Positions 14,361 through 25,065 of a stretch of DNA of 64,000 bases are shown here, piece after piece. A program made the translations under genes and the position numbers. The DNA is from Ptychomitrium polyphyllum (taxonomy: Eukaryota). Location of the stretch: positions 12,214,001 through 12,278,000 of the forward strand of contig OZ316776.1 in assembly GCA_973851085.1 (NCBI GenBank), in the 5' to 3' direction. Position 1 is the stretch's first letter; every line of letters begins with the position of its first letter. The notes below the pieces were generated by a model. The model saw only the letters and a list, made by a program, of their open reading frames with translations, made no database searches and was not told where the DNA came from.

Positions 14361-14711
14361 TTAGTGTTGTAAGAAGTCAAAAATTTGTCGCATTGTGTTT
14401 CTAACATATACCAATTGCCTTTTACGATTCAAATGGTTCATGGGTCCTTGTAACCAATGATAGTGTCCAACGCCTTCTACTTGGGACCAAGCATGAATAT
14501 CCGTATCTTTGTTGAGAAAGCGTCTTTCAAACACTGCTTTTAGATAACCTTCGTAAGTTGGCTCTATTTCAAAGACAATCACCAACAATCTATTGTTATA
14601 TATCTTTTTACGTCTTTTTGGTCCAATCTGTTCTTCATCACAAGGTTGTTGAGGAGAGCCACTTGGTTGAGTTGACACCACTGGCATAATATCTGCATCT
14701 TGACTGTCCAT
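14361..14711 (-). CDS. Extra ORF (116 aa) inside the retrotransposon, between the chromodomain and the PPT; function unknown
   Basis: ATG-initiated and stop-free, same orientation as pol. Contains an NLS-like PKRRKK and an HxH motif (EGVGHYHWLQG). Not similar to gag/pol motifs. Confidence 0.5.
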   Translation of the reverse strand: MDSQDADIMPVVSTQPSGSPQQPCDEEQIGPKRRKKIYNNRLLVIVFEIEPTYEGYLKAVFERRFLNKDTDIHAWSQVEGVGHYHWLQGPMNHLNRKRQLVYVRNTMRQIFDFLQH

Positions 14712-14879
14712 ATCTAATATATTGAGCTACTCTCAAAGAACTACGATAAACTTCAAAGTACAAACAACTAATATCTAAACCATGTCTTGAGCTTTGGAAA
14801 CTTATGATTTAGGAATTGTTTTCTTTCCTACTTAAAAGCCCAAGCATCAAGAGCCTTCTAGGTTACGCAACCTTATCAA

Positions 14880-17800
14880 GCCACTGTTCCTTGTGCTGCT
14901 ACTTTAGGTTTAGATGGATATTGTCGATGGAACTCACAAACTTTAACTTGTGAATTGACAAGATTGTTAGCTAGCTCCCATGTATGTTCATTGATGTCAT
15001 ATCTGCACTAATGGATCAAGTATTCCAGCTTTCTATGTCTTATGTGTGAGTCAAACACTTCTTCGACTTCAAATTCATGATGATCATTGATTTTAATTAC
15101 AGGTGGTGGCAGCTGCCCTCGTCTAAGGATACTTGATTCCTTATGAGTTTCCAAAACTAAAACGTGAAAGATGAGGTGTACTTTCATTGATATTGGTAGT
15201 TCCAAACGATATGTCAAGTAATTGACTTGTTTTTTTTATTACAAATGGTCCCAATCTGCAATAGTCCAACTTGTCACATGGCCTATTGGTCATATATTGC
15301 GTCAAAGAAGCCACACCTTCTCACCAACTTGAAATGGAGGTTGTTCCTTCTTTGTTGCATCTCCTACCATTTAGTATTGTTCCCGAGCGTCTTTTAGTTG
15401 AATCTTCATGGTTGTTTAAAGCTTTGCCATCATTGTAGCAAATCCTTGGCTGGTGGATTTTCAGATTGTGGAAGCTATAACATATCCATCGTTAGATGAT
15501 ATCCATAATTGGAGTAGAATGGCATTTGTTGAGTAGAAGCGTGAGTGGTGTTGTTCTAGGCAAACTTAACCAATGTCAAGTAGGAAGTCCAACCATCTTG
15601 TTGGTAGTTGATAGTACACCTCAAATATTGCTCCAAGATTTGATTGACTAGCTTTGTTTGGCCATTGGTTTGAGGATGGAAGGCAAAAAAAAAGTTTAAT
15701 GTCCACCTTAAGGATTTCAAAGAGCGACTTCTAAAATCTTGATACAAATTGTAGCCCATGATCCAATATAATATTGGGGGGTAATCTATGGTAGCAGGAT
15801 ACATTATCCATAAAGAATGTGGCAATCTCTTCACTCATAATTGTCTTCTTGCAAGGTACAAAATGTGCCATATTGGTCAACCGGTCTATTACAATAAAGA
15901 TGGTATAAAAAGAATATGACAGAGGAAGATCTGTAATGAAATCCATTGAAACGGGCGACTACAATTGCTTTGGAATAGGTAGTGGTTGGAAAAGTCTATA
16001 TAGACGGTGTCGAGGGTTCTTCAACCAAGAGCAGGTATTACATGAGAATGCAAATTCTTTAACGGCCCTTTACATTTGAGGCCACCAAATTTTTTGAGAG
16101 AGGAGTTCTAAGGTTTTGTTGAATCTAAAATGTCTAGCCGTAGGAAAGTCATAACGTATTTGAAGTATACAAAGGCGAATTGGTCTTTGAGGAATATATA
16201 GACATTCTTAAAAGTAGAGAAGGTTGTCCTCAAATTTGAACTCAGATACATCTTCAAGGAGGTTGTTGAAATGATATTTGATATCAAAAATAAGAAAGTT
16301 CTTGGTAGATGTTACACAAACCGGGTCAAGAAACAATGAATCCACCGGAATTGAAACGGTCGTTGTGCGTATACAAAACCGTTCGGGTTTCAACAAAATT
16401 GCTCATTGTTAATTGTGTGCTACTTATCCCTCCTTTGCCGCAAGATGTGATTGCCTTGACAAAGCATCTGACAATCCTTGTTATTTTCCAGGTCGATGTG
16501 TGATGCAAAAATTAAATCAAGATAAAGACATACTTTAACAAGTTTGGCGGCAATTCAAAACACGGGATAACATGAAATATTCCAAGTTCTTGTGGTTTAT
16601 ATATTCACAATAATTAGATGGGCTACACCCACGAGCACATAACGTAATTTTTTAGAAGGAATCCACAATTGCAAGGAATTCCTTGTCATGGATCTCGTAG
16701 TTAATTTCTGCAGCTGAATTTTTTTTGGAATGGAATGCAATCAAATGGAGTCTCCTTTTTCCTCCCGTTTGTGACAAAACTGCACCTAGTGCAAAATTAG
16801 AAGCATTTGTTTCAAAATAAAATTGCTTAAAAAAGTCCGGATGGATCAGATTAGGAGATGTAGTAAAAGTTGGCTTCAACCTTTAGAGCGGATCTCCACT
16901 CAAGCTTTTCTTTGCATGTTAATTACGTGAGTAGTGTAGCTATTTGAGAGTAGTTTGTAATGAAGATTTTATAGAAGTTTGCAAATTCAAGAAAGCATTG
17001 AACATCACGTATTGATTTTGGCCTTGTCTAATTGCTGATTGCTTCGAACTCCTTTGGATCCATCAATAGCCTTTGTTGGAGATGATATATCTAAGGAATT
17101 CTACTTGAGGTTTGTAGAATACACATATCTCCAGCCTGACATACAAACTGCCATCTCGTAGCTTTGTAGGACTATGCGGACATGTCGTTCATGTTCCTTT
17201 GGATTCTTTGAATAGATCAAGATACCATCCAAATAGAATACAATAAAATCATTGAGGCATTCATAACATATCATTCATCAAGTGCTGAAAAATGGCGGGT
17301 GCATTGATAAGTCCAAAACGCATGACATTGTATTCAAAATGTCCATACCTTGTTTGAAAAGTCGTCTTCTATTTGTCTCTTTCTTTGATGCGTGCTAAAT
17401 TATAAGTTCTTTGCAGGTTCATTTTTGTATAGATTTTTGCTTGACCAAATTGATGAAGAAGCCTAGATATCAGCAACAATGGATATTGTTTTTTCTTTGT
17501 TATTTTATTGAAGTCGTGGTAATTGACACATATTTGTAAAGATCCATCTTTCTTTTTTATAAAAAATATGGGAGCACTAGCAAGAGGCTTTGAATGTCAA
17601 ATGAAGTTCTTGGCTAAGTTTTCATCAATGTACACCTTGAGTGATAAAAGCTTGTTTTGGGATAAATTATAGATAAGTCCAAATAGTAGGTGGACGCCAT
17701 CTTGGAGGTCTATGGCACAATCGTAGGGACAATGTTCTGGTAGGGTGTTTGCATTCTTCTTTTTGAATACATCGTTGTACTCTTCATACTTTTCTAGACT

Positions 17801-19340
17801 AGTTGAAGATGAAGTCACAACTTTGGATGTTGAAGTTGCATACAAATAAAAAGAAGCACCAGTTTTTGCTGCTTTTATAAATGCTCTAGCTCCAATGAAA
17901 AAAGGCTTTATGGTCTTAGATTTATAAGATGCTTCAGCTTCCTCCGTAGGCTTAGTAGTTACAAGTTCTAATGATGGAAATTTTATTTTGTGGGATGCCC
18001 AATTTACCTGCGGATTATACTTTTTGAGCCAAAAAACCCTCCAAAATAATGGAACTTAATGGAGACCTAATGACATTAAATATCACTTGGCTACTATGGT
18101 TGTTCAATGTTACTATTAATGAATTAATCTCGTAAATAACATCTCCAAAAGATAACTATTAGCCATCTATGACCTCTACATGGACATATTTGGGTTTTCT
18201 AATAAAAAAAAACTTATGGGTTTTCAAATTTTTTTTGTCAATAAAGCAAGCAGAGGCTCTTGAATCTATTAGAGCAAGGCTTTTGAGCTTCTAATCACAT
18301 AAACAAACAAGTATAGTAAAACAAGAAGAAAGATGAGTTGATAGAACATGACTTGTTTTTTTTGTAAAGGAAGCGGATCTAGCCGCACAATTCCTATTGT
18401 GGCTAGACATCCTTGTTTTCCTGCAAAGTATTTGGCGTTGCGGTTGTATCTTTCATCCAATATGTGCGAAGAGGGTTCTCTGGGTAGTCATCAATCTTAT
18501 AGCCAATTTTTTTACAGTACAAACAAAACCCTTGTTTCCTTTGTCGCTTCTTCTTATATTCAATAAGGGGCTTAAGCAAACCGCATCAATTTGCATGGCT
18601 TTTGCTTACAAACACTTATTAGAAGTAGATGGGGTTGAAGTTGCTGAAAAGTTGGTATATGGCTGAAGCGTAATTAAAGTCTGTTTATCTTATCGATGTT
18701 GAAGTAGACGATTATTGCACTTCAAAGCTTGGCTAATGGCCTCATCAAGTATTTGAGGGTTTGGCAAAGGATAATAATAAATCCTTAAGCTGATCGCATA
18801 CGCTTCAATGAAATTGGTTCATGAATGCTTCTTCTCTCCATTGATGTTGCATATAAGTTGTCAAAATTTTGATGCATAAATTGATATAGAACGTGGGCTT
18901 TGGCGCAAGATACGAATCTTAGTAATTGTAGAACAGAGCTTGTTATGGTCACCAAATGATTTTGCAAATGCAACTAGGAACACATCAAAATTGTTAAATA
19001 TGGGAGAATTCTTCTCAAAAAGTGGTGCAAACTAGGACACTACTTGTCCTAAGAGTAATGTTTCTATTAAACCAGCGCACAAAGCGTCTGTAGGATACTA
19101 TTGAGATTGAAGCAAGGTAACATGTTGAATTAGGTTTACAAAGCCTTAAAATTTGAATGCGTATCATCAAACTTCTTTAGAAAGTTGATTCTTGGTTCTT
19201 TAGCTGTTGACATTGAATTCCAGGCTTGAACTTGTCTGTTTTCTATTAAATTAGGTCTAAATGATGAAGCACCTAAATTGACTTGGGATAAAAACTGTAG
19301 TACTTTTGCCCCTTGACCATTATGTATGGTCAAGTACAGT
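14880..19340 (-). pseudogene. Disrupted gag-pol (gag, aspartic protease, RT, RNase H, integrase, chromodomain)
   Basis: Fragmented ORFs at 19136-19333, 17597-17845, 16652-16879, 15731-15946, 15556-15834 and 15008-15217 carry canonical motifs. Catalytic residues are mutated (DSG to DSR, YLDD to YLDG). Confidence 0.92.
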
Positions 19341-19664
19341 TCTTCGTTTTGCTTGAATAAAGTCTTGGTTTTAATCTTTAATGCTTAAATAGCATTGATA
19401 ATGGATAATGGAATGTAACTTGGCTTCTTTTGAATTTGTCATATTGACTTCTTCTCTTCTTGGCATAGAAATGAAATGGAAACAAATAAAAGCTACTAAA
19501 TATGCAAAAAAATAAAAAATAAAAAATAAAAAACAAAAAAATTCAAAAGATAATATCAAAGCAAAATAAGGTAATATGCAACCTCTTAAGTGCTATAGTG
19601 CTTTTGAAAAGAGAGGTGATCCACTCTTTATCAAGAAAGACCAAGCTCTAAAATTGTTATATGA

Positions 19665-19678
19665 TAGTCTCAACAAAC
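19665..19678 (-). promoter_or_regulatory. Primer-binding site, self-priming type (complementary to the LTR just downstream of its TATA box)
   Basis: Minus-strand GTTTGTTGAGACTA abuts the 5' LTR and lacks the TGG start of tRNA-type PBSs. It is a near-inverted repeat of LTR sequence at 19822-19834 and 14106-14118. Confidence 0.7.
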
Positions 19679-20035
19679 TGTTACACACAAAGTAATAACA
19701 AGACAAGGCTTCAAGATTCCAGGATATGGAATAAAATATGTCTTAGGTATATTAGAGGTAAAAATCTATAACAAGGTACAAAGAGAAGGCCAAAAGGTCT
19801 AAGCTAAACCACAAGAGATACGTTGTCAAAACTAAAGATCCCTTCAGCCTCGACTTTATATATATTAGAATTACAAGCTTTGAAAGCTTCTTGGAAAGCT
19901 TCTATTACATTGCTTCATACTCAAGCAACCCTGAGTTGCTTCTTTGGAAGCTTCCTAAGCTGAGGAACTTCCTTAGAAGTTTCTTAAACCTTCTAAATAC
20001 CTTTCTAAATGTTTCTAATATGTATGTCCATAATA
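19679..20035 (-). repeat. 5' LTR
   Basis: Roughly 80-85% identical by eye to 13963-14308, mostly transitions plus a small indel. Ends CA on the minus strand at 19679. Confidence 0.93.
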
Positions 20036-21224
20036 GTGTCTTAGTAAAGGCTATATTCAATGGAAATTAAATTCCTTTCTATAGTTTAAGTTCCAAAATG
20101 TACCATTTCAAACTTGATTACAAAATCATTTACAACCGTGAAGGAGTAGTATGATGATCAATGACTAATCAATGCTAGATTTACAAGAAATTTGTCCAAT
20201 TTTTATACTTTCAAAGTTACAAAATTATAAAGTGTCATTCTTTAAGGAACCTAATTCCTCCATTTTTAAGCAAATGAACTCTTGCCAAATTTGTAATTAA
20301 GAAACATTCTTTTTTTCCTCCGTCCTATTTTCACTGCTTAATTTTAAATTCATTAATGTGCATTTCCCATTAAATAGTTAGAGTTCATTAGTAAGAAATT
20401 TTAGAAGGCAACAGTTATAGCAAATCAATAAACAATTTGAACTACAATATTAATTCAAATGATTGACTAAAATGGGTAATTAAGGCACAAGCTTGAGGTT
20501 TAGCAGTCCCAGTGACCAACTGGAACTAATTTGATCACTTGTAACATTTAAGGGATAATGTTTAAAGGTTACACTCGAACTGTGTTTGGTGTAATGAAAC
20601 CAAACAGATGCAATAAATTCGTATTGTACTGTTGTATGCTCTTCTTCAAGGCCATTTATGTAATGTTGCACATGAGCAACCCATCAGCTCTGTTAGAGGA
20701 TCGGGATGAGGTTCTGTCCACTTCATCTATCCAGTCCCATACAGTACTGTACAGCTGAGTCACCTCAAATTAGGTTACACGGAGCAAATAATGACCCCTG
20801 TAAACGTTACAACTTCACCCAAGGTCCCGATTCTGGTAACAAACACCCTACTGCTCTACCCCCACCCCAAAGCCAACGAGCTCACCTGGGCGCGGGAAAT
20901 TCAATTCGAAACTGGCGGGAGTCGACTTGGCACATCAGGTCATCGTTCATTCACTGCGATCCATATCTCATTTAGCGAGCTTATGACGCGTCATCCGATC
21001 CATCGCAAGCGGTCACCAGTGACTGATCTCCCGCCACCCACTTTAGGAAAGAGCGGGAAGACCGTTCTTTCTATACCTACACCATCTACATTTTTCGAAG
21101 ATTTATTATCCATTACATCTACGAATTAGACCGAGTTTTCGTCCTCATCTACGAAGTTTGCTGTTTTCCCAGCTAGCGTTGTTTGCGCCCTGTTCTACTG
21201 AGAGAGCCGTGCATTGCTAGAGCT

Positions 21225-21782
21225 ATGGCCGCATATATGCCTGCGGTAAGGACTACCGGCGGGACTCTTTGATCGAGACGTTGGGAGCTGAGAATTTGAT
21301 GTGTTGATTGCACTTAGAAGTTGGGTTTTCTTTCCGTGTCTCTTTTGGTGCAGAACTTGATCGCGATTCTTGGAGTTGCTTTTACGACTTTCTGGGGAGA
21401 TTTTTCAGATGTGGGTCGTTCGTAGTTGCGCGACGTGTTGAGGAAGCCACCGCTATTGTGACAAGTACTTTGTTGCTACAGTTCTGTTGTATAAAAGTAT
21501 ATGAGCGACAAGCAGCTTCTTTTGGTTTCTAATTTTTGACTGGTTCTTTGATTGAGGAGCTGGAGAGTGGTGTTTGGGGGAGGGTTCCGTGTTGGAGTCT
21601 TGTTGCTCTTGGAGGTCACTGAAGGGAGAAAGCGAAAGCGGTGTGGGGTTGAGCGCAGTTTGAGACGGTGGAGTTTCTTGCTGTTTTCTTGAGGGTTAAG
21701 TGAGGGGAAAGCAGTGGTGGAGTTGTAGTTGGGTATTTCCCCTTTGGTGTTGTAGTGTGGAGAGACAGGATGGTGGGATTGA
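21225..21782 (+). other. Putative spliced overlapping uORF (MAAYMPA|CGETGWWD*), exons 21225-21245 and 21756-21782
   Basis: ATG at 21225, donor GTAAGG at 21246, acceptor TGTAG at 21755. Its TGA (21780-21782) lies past the main ATG at 21770, in a different frame. Confidence 0.45.
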
Positions 21783-22564
21783 ACCCTTCGAAGTTTTACG
21801 GGAAGCTGCTGCCTCGGCCACGGATTTATTGTGATGTGAAGTTCAGTGATGCGCGGGTGGATCCTCAGGAGTCTGTGAACGCAGCCTTGTTGCAGTGGGC
21901 AGGCGACGCGAGCTGGAAAATGGGGGGAACTGCTGCGAAGCGCCAGCGGATGAGCGGGAAGATTGAAGGTCGCATGAGTAAGCTGCGTGCGATGGAGGAG
22001 AGTGACGATGATGAGCCTCCACCGAAGAAGGTGAAGGAGAAGAAGGCACTTGGTTTTGGGAAGAAGAAAGAGTCGCCTGCCTCAGTGCTGCCGAAGCATA
22101 TGACTCCCATTGAACGGATGTTGGAACTGTCAGGGACGAAAAGAGGGAAGTTGGCGCCGCGACGGATTATGTCAAGCGAGGCGGATGACGAGAAGGTTGA
22201 AAAGCAAGAGCCCGTAGCCAAACCTGTAGCACGTCGGAGCAGAAAGGAGCAAGTGATAGAGGAGAGTGATGACGACAGCGGCGATGACCTGGAAGGTTTC
22301 ATGCAGAGGTTGGAAGAGAACAAACATACTCCTAACCGCAATGTAAGGAAGAGTGCTCGTTTGCAGGTTTCTCCAACGGCTTCCCAAACCCCTGACTCTA
22401 AGAAGCGAATGCCGAAGGGCCCTCATGAGAACGCTAATGGCAAGACAGTTGCAGGTCCCAGGTTGCTCCCGAGTCCGGTATCTCACAAGCGGAAGGGTAG
22501 TGATGAGGATTCGGGATCAGAGTCCGATTCTCAGTCCGAGGCGTCTGACTCGGTTTACCTTTAA
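21770..22564 (+). CDS. Conserved land-plant protein of unknown function (N-terminal KFYGxxLPRPRIYxDVKF..RVDP..WxMGG..GKIEG domain, then a charged low-complexity, probably nuclear tail)
   Basis: 264-codon ORF from ATG 21770, preceded by a 5' UTR intron (21246-21755). The N-terminal block matches, from memory, an uncharacterised plant family (GKFYGSSLPRPRIYTDVKFN..RVDPP). The exact 3' end could be altered by splicing. Confidence 0.85.
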   Translation: MVGLNPSKFYGKLLPRPRIYCDVKFSDARVDPQESVNAALLQWAGDASWKMGGTAAKRQRMSGKIEGRMSKLRAMEESDDDEPPPKKVKEKKALGFGKKKESPASVLPKHMTPIERMLELSGTKRGKLAPRRIMSSEADDEKVEKQEPVAKPVARRSRKEQVIEESDDDSGDDLEGFMQRLEENKHTPNRNVRKSARLQVSPTASQTPDSKKRMPKGPHENANGKTVAGPRLLPSPVSHKRKGSDEDSGSESDSQSEASDSVYL

Positions 22565-25065
22565 TTGATTTTTCAGCTGCTTCCTGCTAATGGGTGACAA
22601 GATTCTTATCTCACCGCGGCGTCGCAAGTTTGGTCGTCTTCATGCAACAACTGGGGTCAAATTGAGCAAGGCAAGAAGAGAGGCATGAACACAGTGCGTC
22701 CTGATTGATGTGTCATGGCAGGCTCGTCGAGAACCAAGGATGTTTTCACGATCCAGTGACTGACGTTATTTTCAGGCTTGCAAATTGAGCAATTAGGTTA
22801 ATCAATCTCACTGCCTGGAGCTTGTACATGCCAATTATCGCCTAGCAGTCCTCTGTCGTATCAAGACCATGCATCATAGTTTCATTACATGTCGGCTTGC
22901 AAGTGACTGGCCGTCGTCGCGATGTGTAAGGAGGGATATCGAACCTTACTATTAGTGTTGCACTTACAATTTTGGAGTGATGAATGCTGAGTGGCAGGGT
23001 TGGTATGGTTCCTTTGCCCACAAACCTTGTGCACTCACGAAGAGCTAGGTAATAGGGCATGAATGTCTGTCCATTGTAATTACCTTGTACATTATTACCA
23101 TTCAGATGTTCAGCCTTTGCCTTTTGCACATTCCTTTACTGACTTTCTAATGACTGCATTTCAGATGGCAGTCTTGAAATTGGTGTTATGGATTTGCTGA
23201 TTTCGTTGTGCTATGCAGCTTATCTTGTGAATGGCGATTAGGGGGTCAGTGAAAGTACCATCTTTTTTGTGATCTGAAAGCATTGGAATGTGTTGAATAG
23301 CCCAACCTGTAAATGTGAACAATTCCAACCCATTTTATATTGGACTGTTCAATGCTGTCCCTCGACTGAGCAGAGATGTTTTTATGTGGACGAAGCTAGT
23401 GCTTTGAATACGAACTGGCAGTTGTGTAACTGTCTGTTGAATAGATGATATATGTTTTCATTTGCGAGTAGAACAGACATCCGGCAGCTTGTTACGACTC
23501 ACAGCCACCACTATCAGTAGGAGTCTTTGTTCTTGCACCAATTCTTGCGCACAGCTTTGGCCGAACACATTATCTTCTCTGGGTAGTAACACGATCTTGG
23601 ATCATGGCGATGCAAAAGTACTTCGTGTGGTTCTGCCTCAACGTTGTTTCTGTGCCATATTCGCTCTACTAATGGAAGGACGTACGATGGAGGGCCACTA
23701 ACGGAATTAGATGATCGAACCCAAAATGTGGGCAGGGATTGTCCTCTTGGTGTTTACACTAAGGGAGACCACGACTTCATAAGATTTTCTGAATTGTCTT
23801 TCCATCCTCTGGCAACCCATCCTTCGCCTCGAACACCAATATCATGGATAAAAATTTGGTTGTCTAGAGCACTTCTTGACTGCAGAGGAAAACTCGCCAC
23901 TCAATTTCAATCTCAATATGTTTGAACAATTGTTCATTCTGACCATATTTCTGTGCACAGATTATATCTCCAATATCAAGTGGAATCGATTCGGCATTAC
24001 TATGTCCACGCTGGGGTCATAGTACAAGTTAAACTGAAAAGCATTTGTGAACAGTATTAGCTCAAGATTGGGTTAGCTGTGGTGAATCTTCCTGATGAAG
24101 TGCGTCAACCATTGTCAAATACCCGGTAGGAATGGCCTCCGCCAGCTTGGCTGCAAGAAATGGTAGGGAAGGATAAAGACTGTAAATCAAATACATTGCA
24201 CATCGTTTTCCACTGTCCCAGTTACCGTGTTGCACAGTTCTGCCGCTCCAAGCACTTGAAATAAATTTATCAATAAATTTGAAAGTGACCCTGGTGCTTG
24301 GACCGTCGGTGTCTATCACATCGTTAATAAGTTAAGTGCCATGACGCCTCCATTTTCTGCTAAATTATTCATGCGAAAAAATCTGTAAACTTAGTTTCAT
24401 TATTGCTGAACTTTGATGTGGATTCAGGAGCCATAGGTCAGGTTATCTTCAACGTAGAAAATTGGTTTCAGTGTCAGCCAGATTGCGTAAAGAATGATCT
24501 GGTATGGCTAGAGTTCGGACTTGAGCATTATTGGCTAGGTCAACTTCCTCACTACTGGGTTGGGTCGAGAGGAAAGCTTCAGTACACTTAGTATGTCGTT
24601 AGAAAACGAAGTAATTAGACACGCCACATTTTGATTAGTACTGTGCTCGACCAGTAGCAGAAATGCACAAGTGCGTGTACATCTATTGAGTTCGAGTTTG
24701 ATTTAGTTTTTGTCGATATCCATTGGGATTTATGGGATACACGCACAAGTTGTGCAAAGTCTTTATTTTTAGTGTTTCGTAGGCATGGTTTTGCACGGTT
24801 ATTGCGATGCAGGTTCATCGTGAGTGGCATTTTCTTGGGTAGATTGTGTGCAAACTGTCTACCATTTTGCTCACCCTAAACTGTCCTCAGAAACCTGGTA
24901 ACTACTGTCCTCATAATCATGGAGAGCAGTGCTCCTTAGGGGTTGCTCCGCCAGTGTCACGTATTAATCAATTTCTACGCCACTTTCACTTTTGTATGCC
25001 TAGAGCTGTGAGATAGCCATAGCCAAGAATCGGCTTTCTGCTACTCACGATCAAATCAGAGGAGA

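Larger units (their letters stand above)
13963..20035 (-). mobile_element. Full-length, decayed Ty3/gypsy LTR retrotransposon (chromovirus, Tcn1/Tf1-like)
   Basis: LTRs at 19679-20035 (5') and 13963-14308 (3'). 5-bp TSD GTGTC at 13958-13962 and 20036-20040. PPT AAAAAGGGAGGTGA at 14309-14322. Minus-strand order: gag (KEPRINF..KFD, ~19.2 kb), protease (ALIDSRASACFID, ~18.25 kb), RT (LPEHCPYDCAIDL; YLDG for YLDD, ~17.2 kb), RNase H (ETNASNFALGAVLSQ, NYEIHDKE), integrase (MDFITDLP, FHPQTNGQT), chromodomain (EFEVEEVFDS..LEYLIH). Many stops and frameshifts. Confidence 0.95.

Noticed and set aside
14104..14364. 86-aa plus-strand ORF
   Set aside because: Lies inside the 3' LTR and PPT with a non-ATG start, and the other LTR differs by indels.
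21865..22486. Minus-strand ORFs overlapping the 21770-22564 gene
   Set aside because: Antisense shadows of a purine-rich CDS.
23644..24319. Mid-GC ORFs downstream of the 21.8-kb gene that look vaguely coding
   Set aside because: No motif I can name and no consistent splice model. They could be pseudogene fragments but this cannot be supported.
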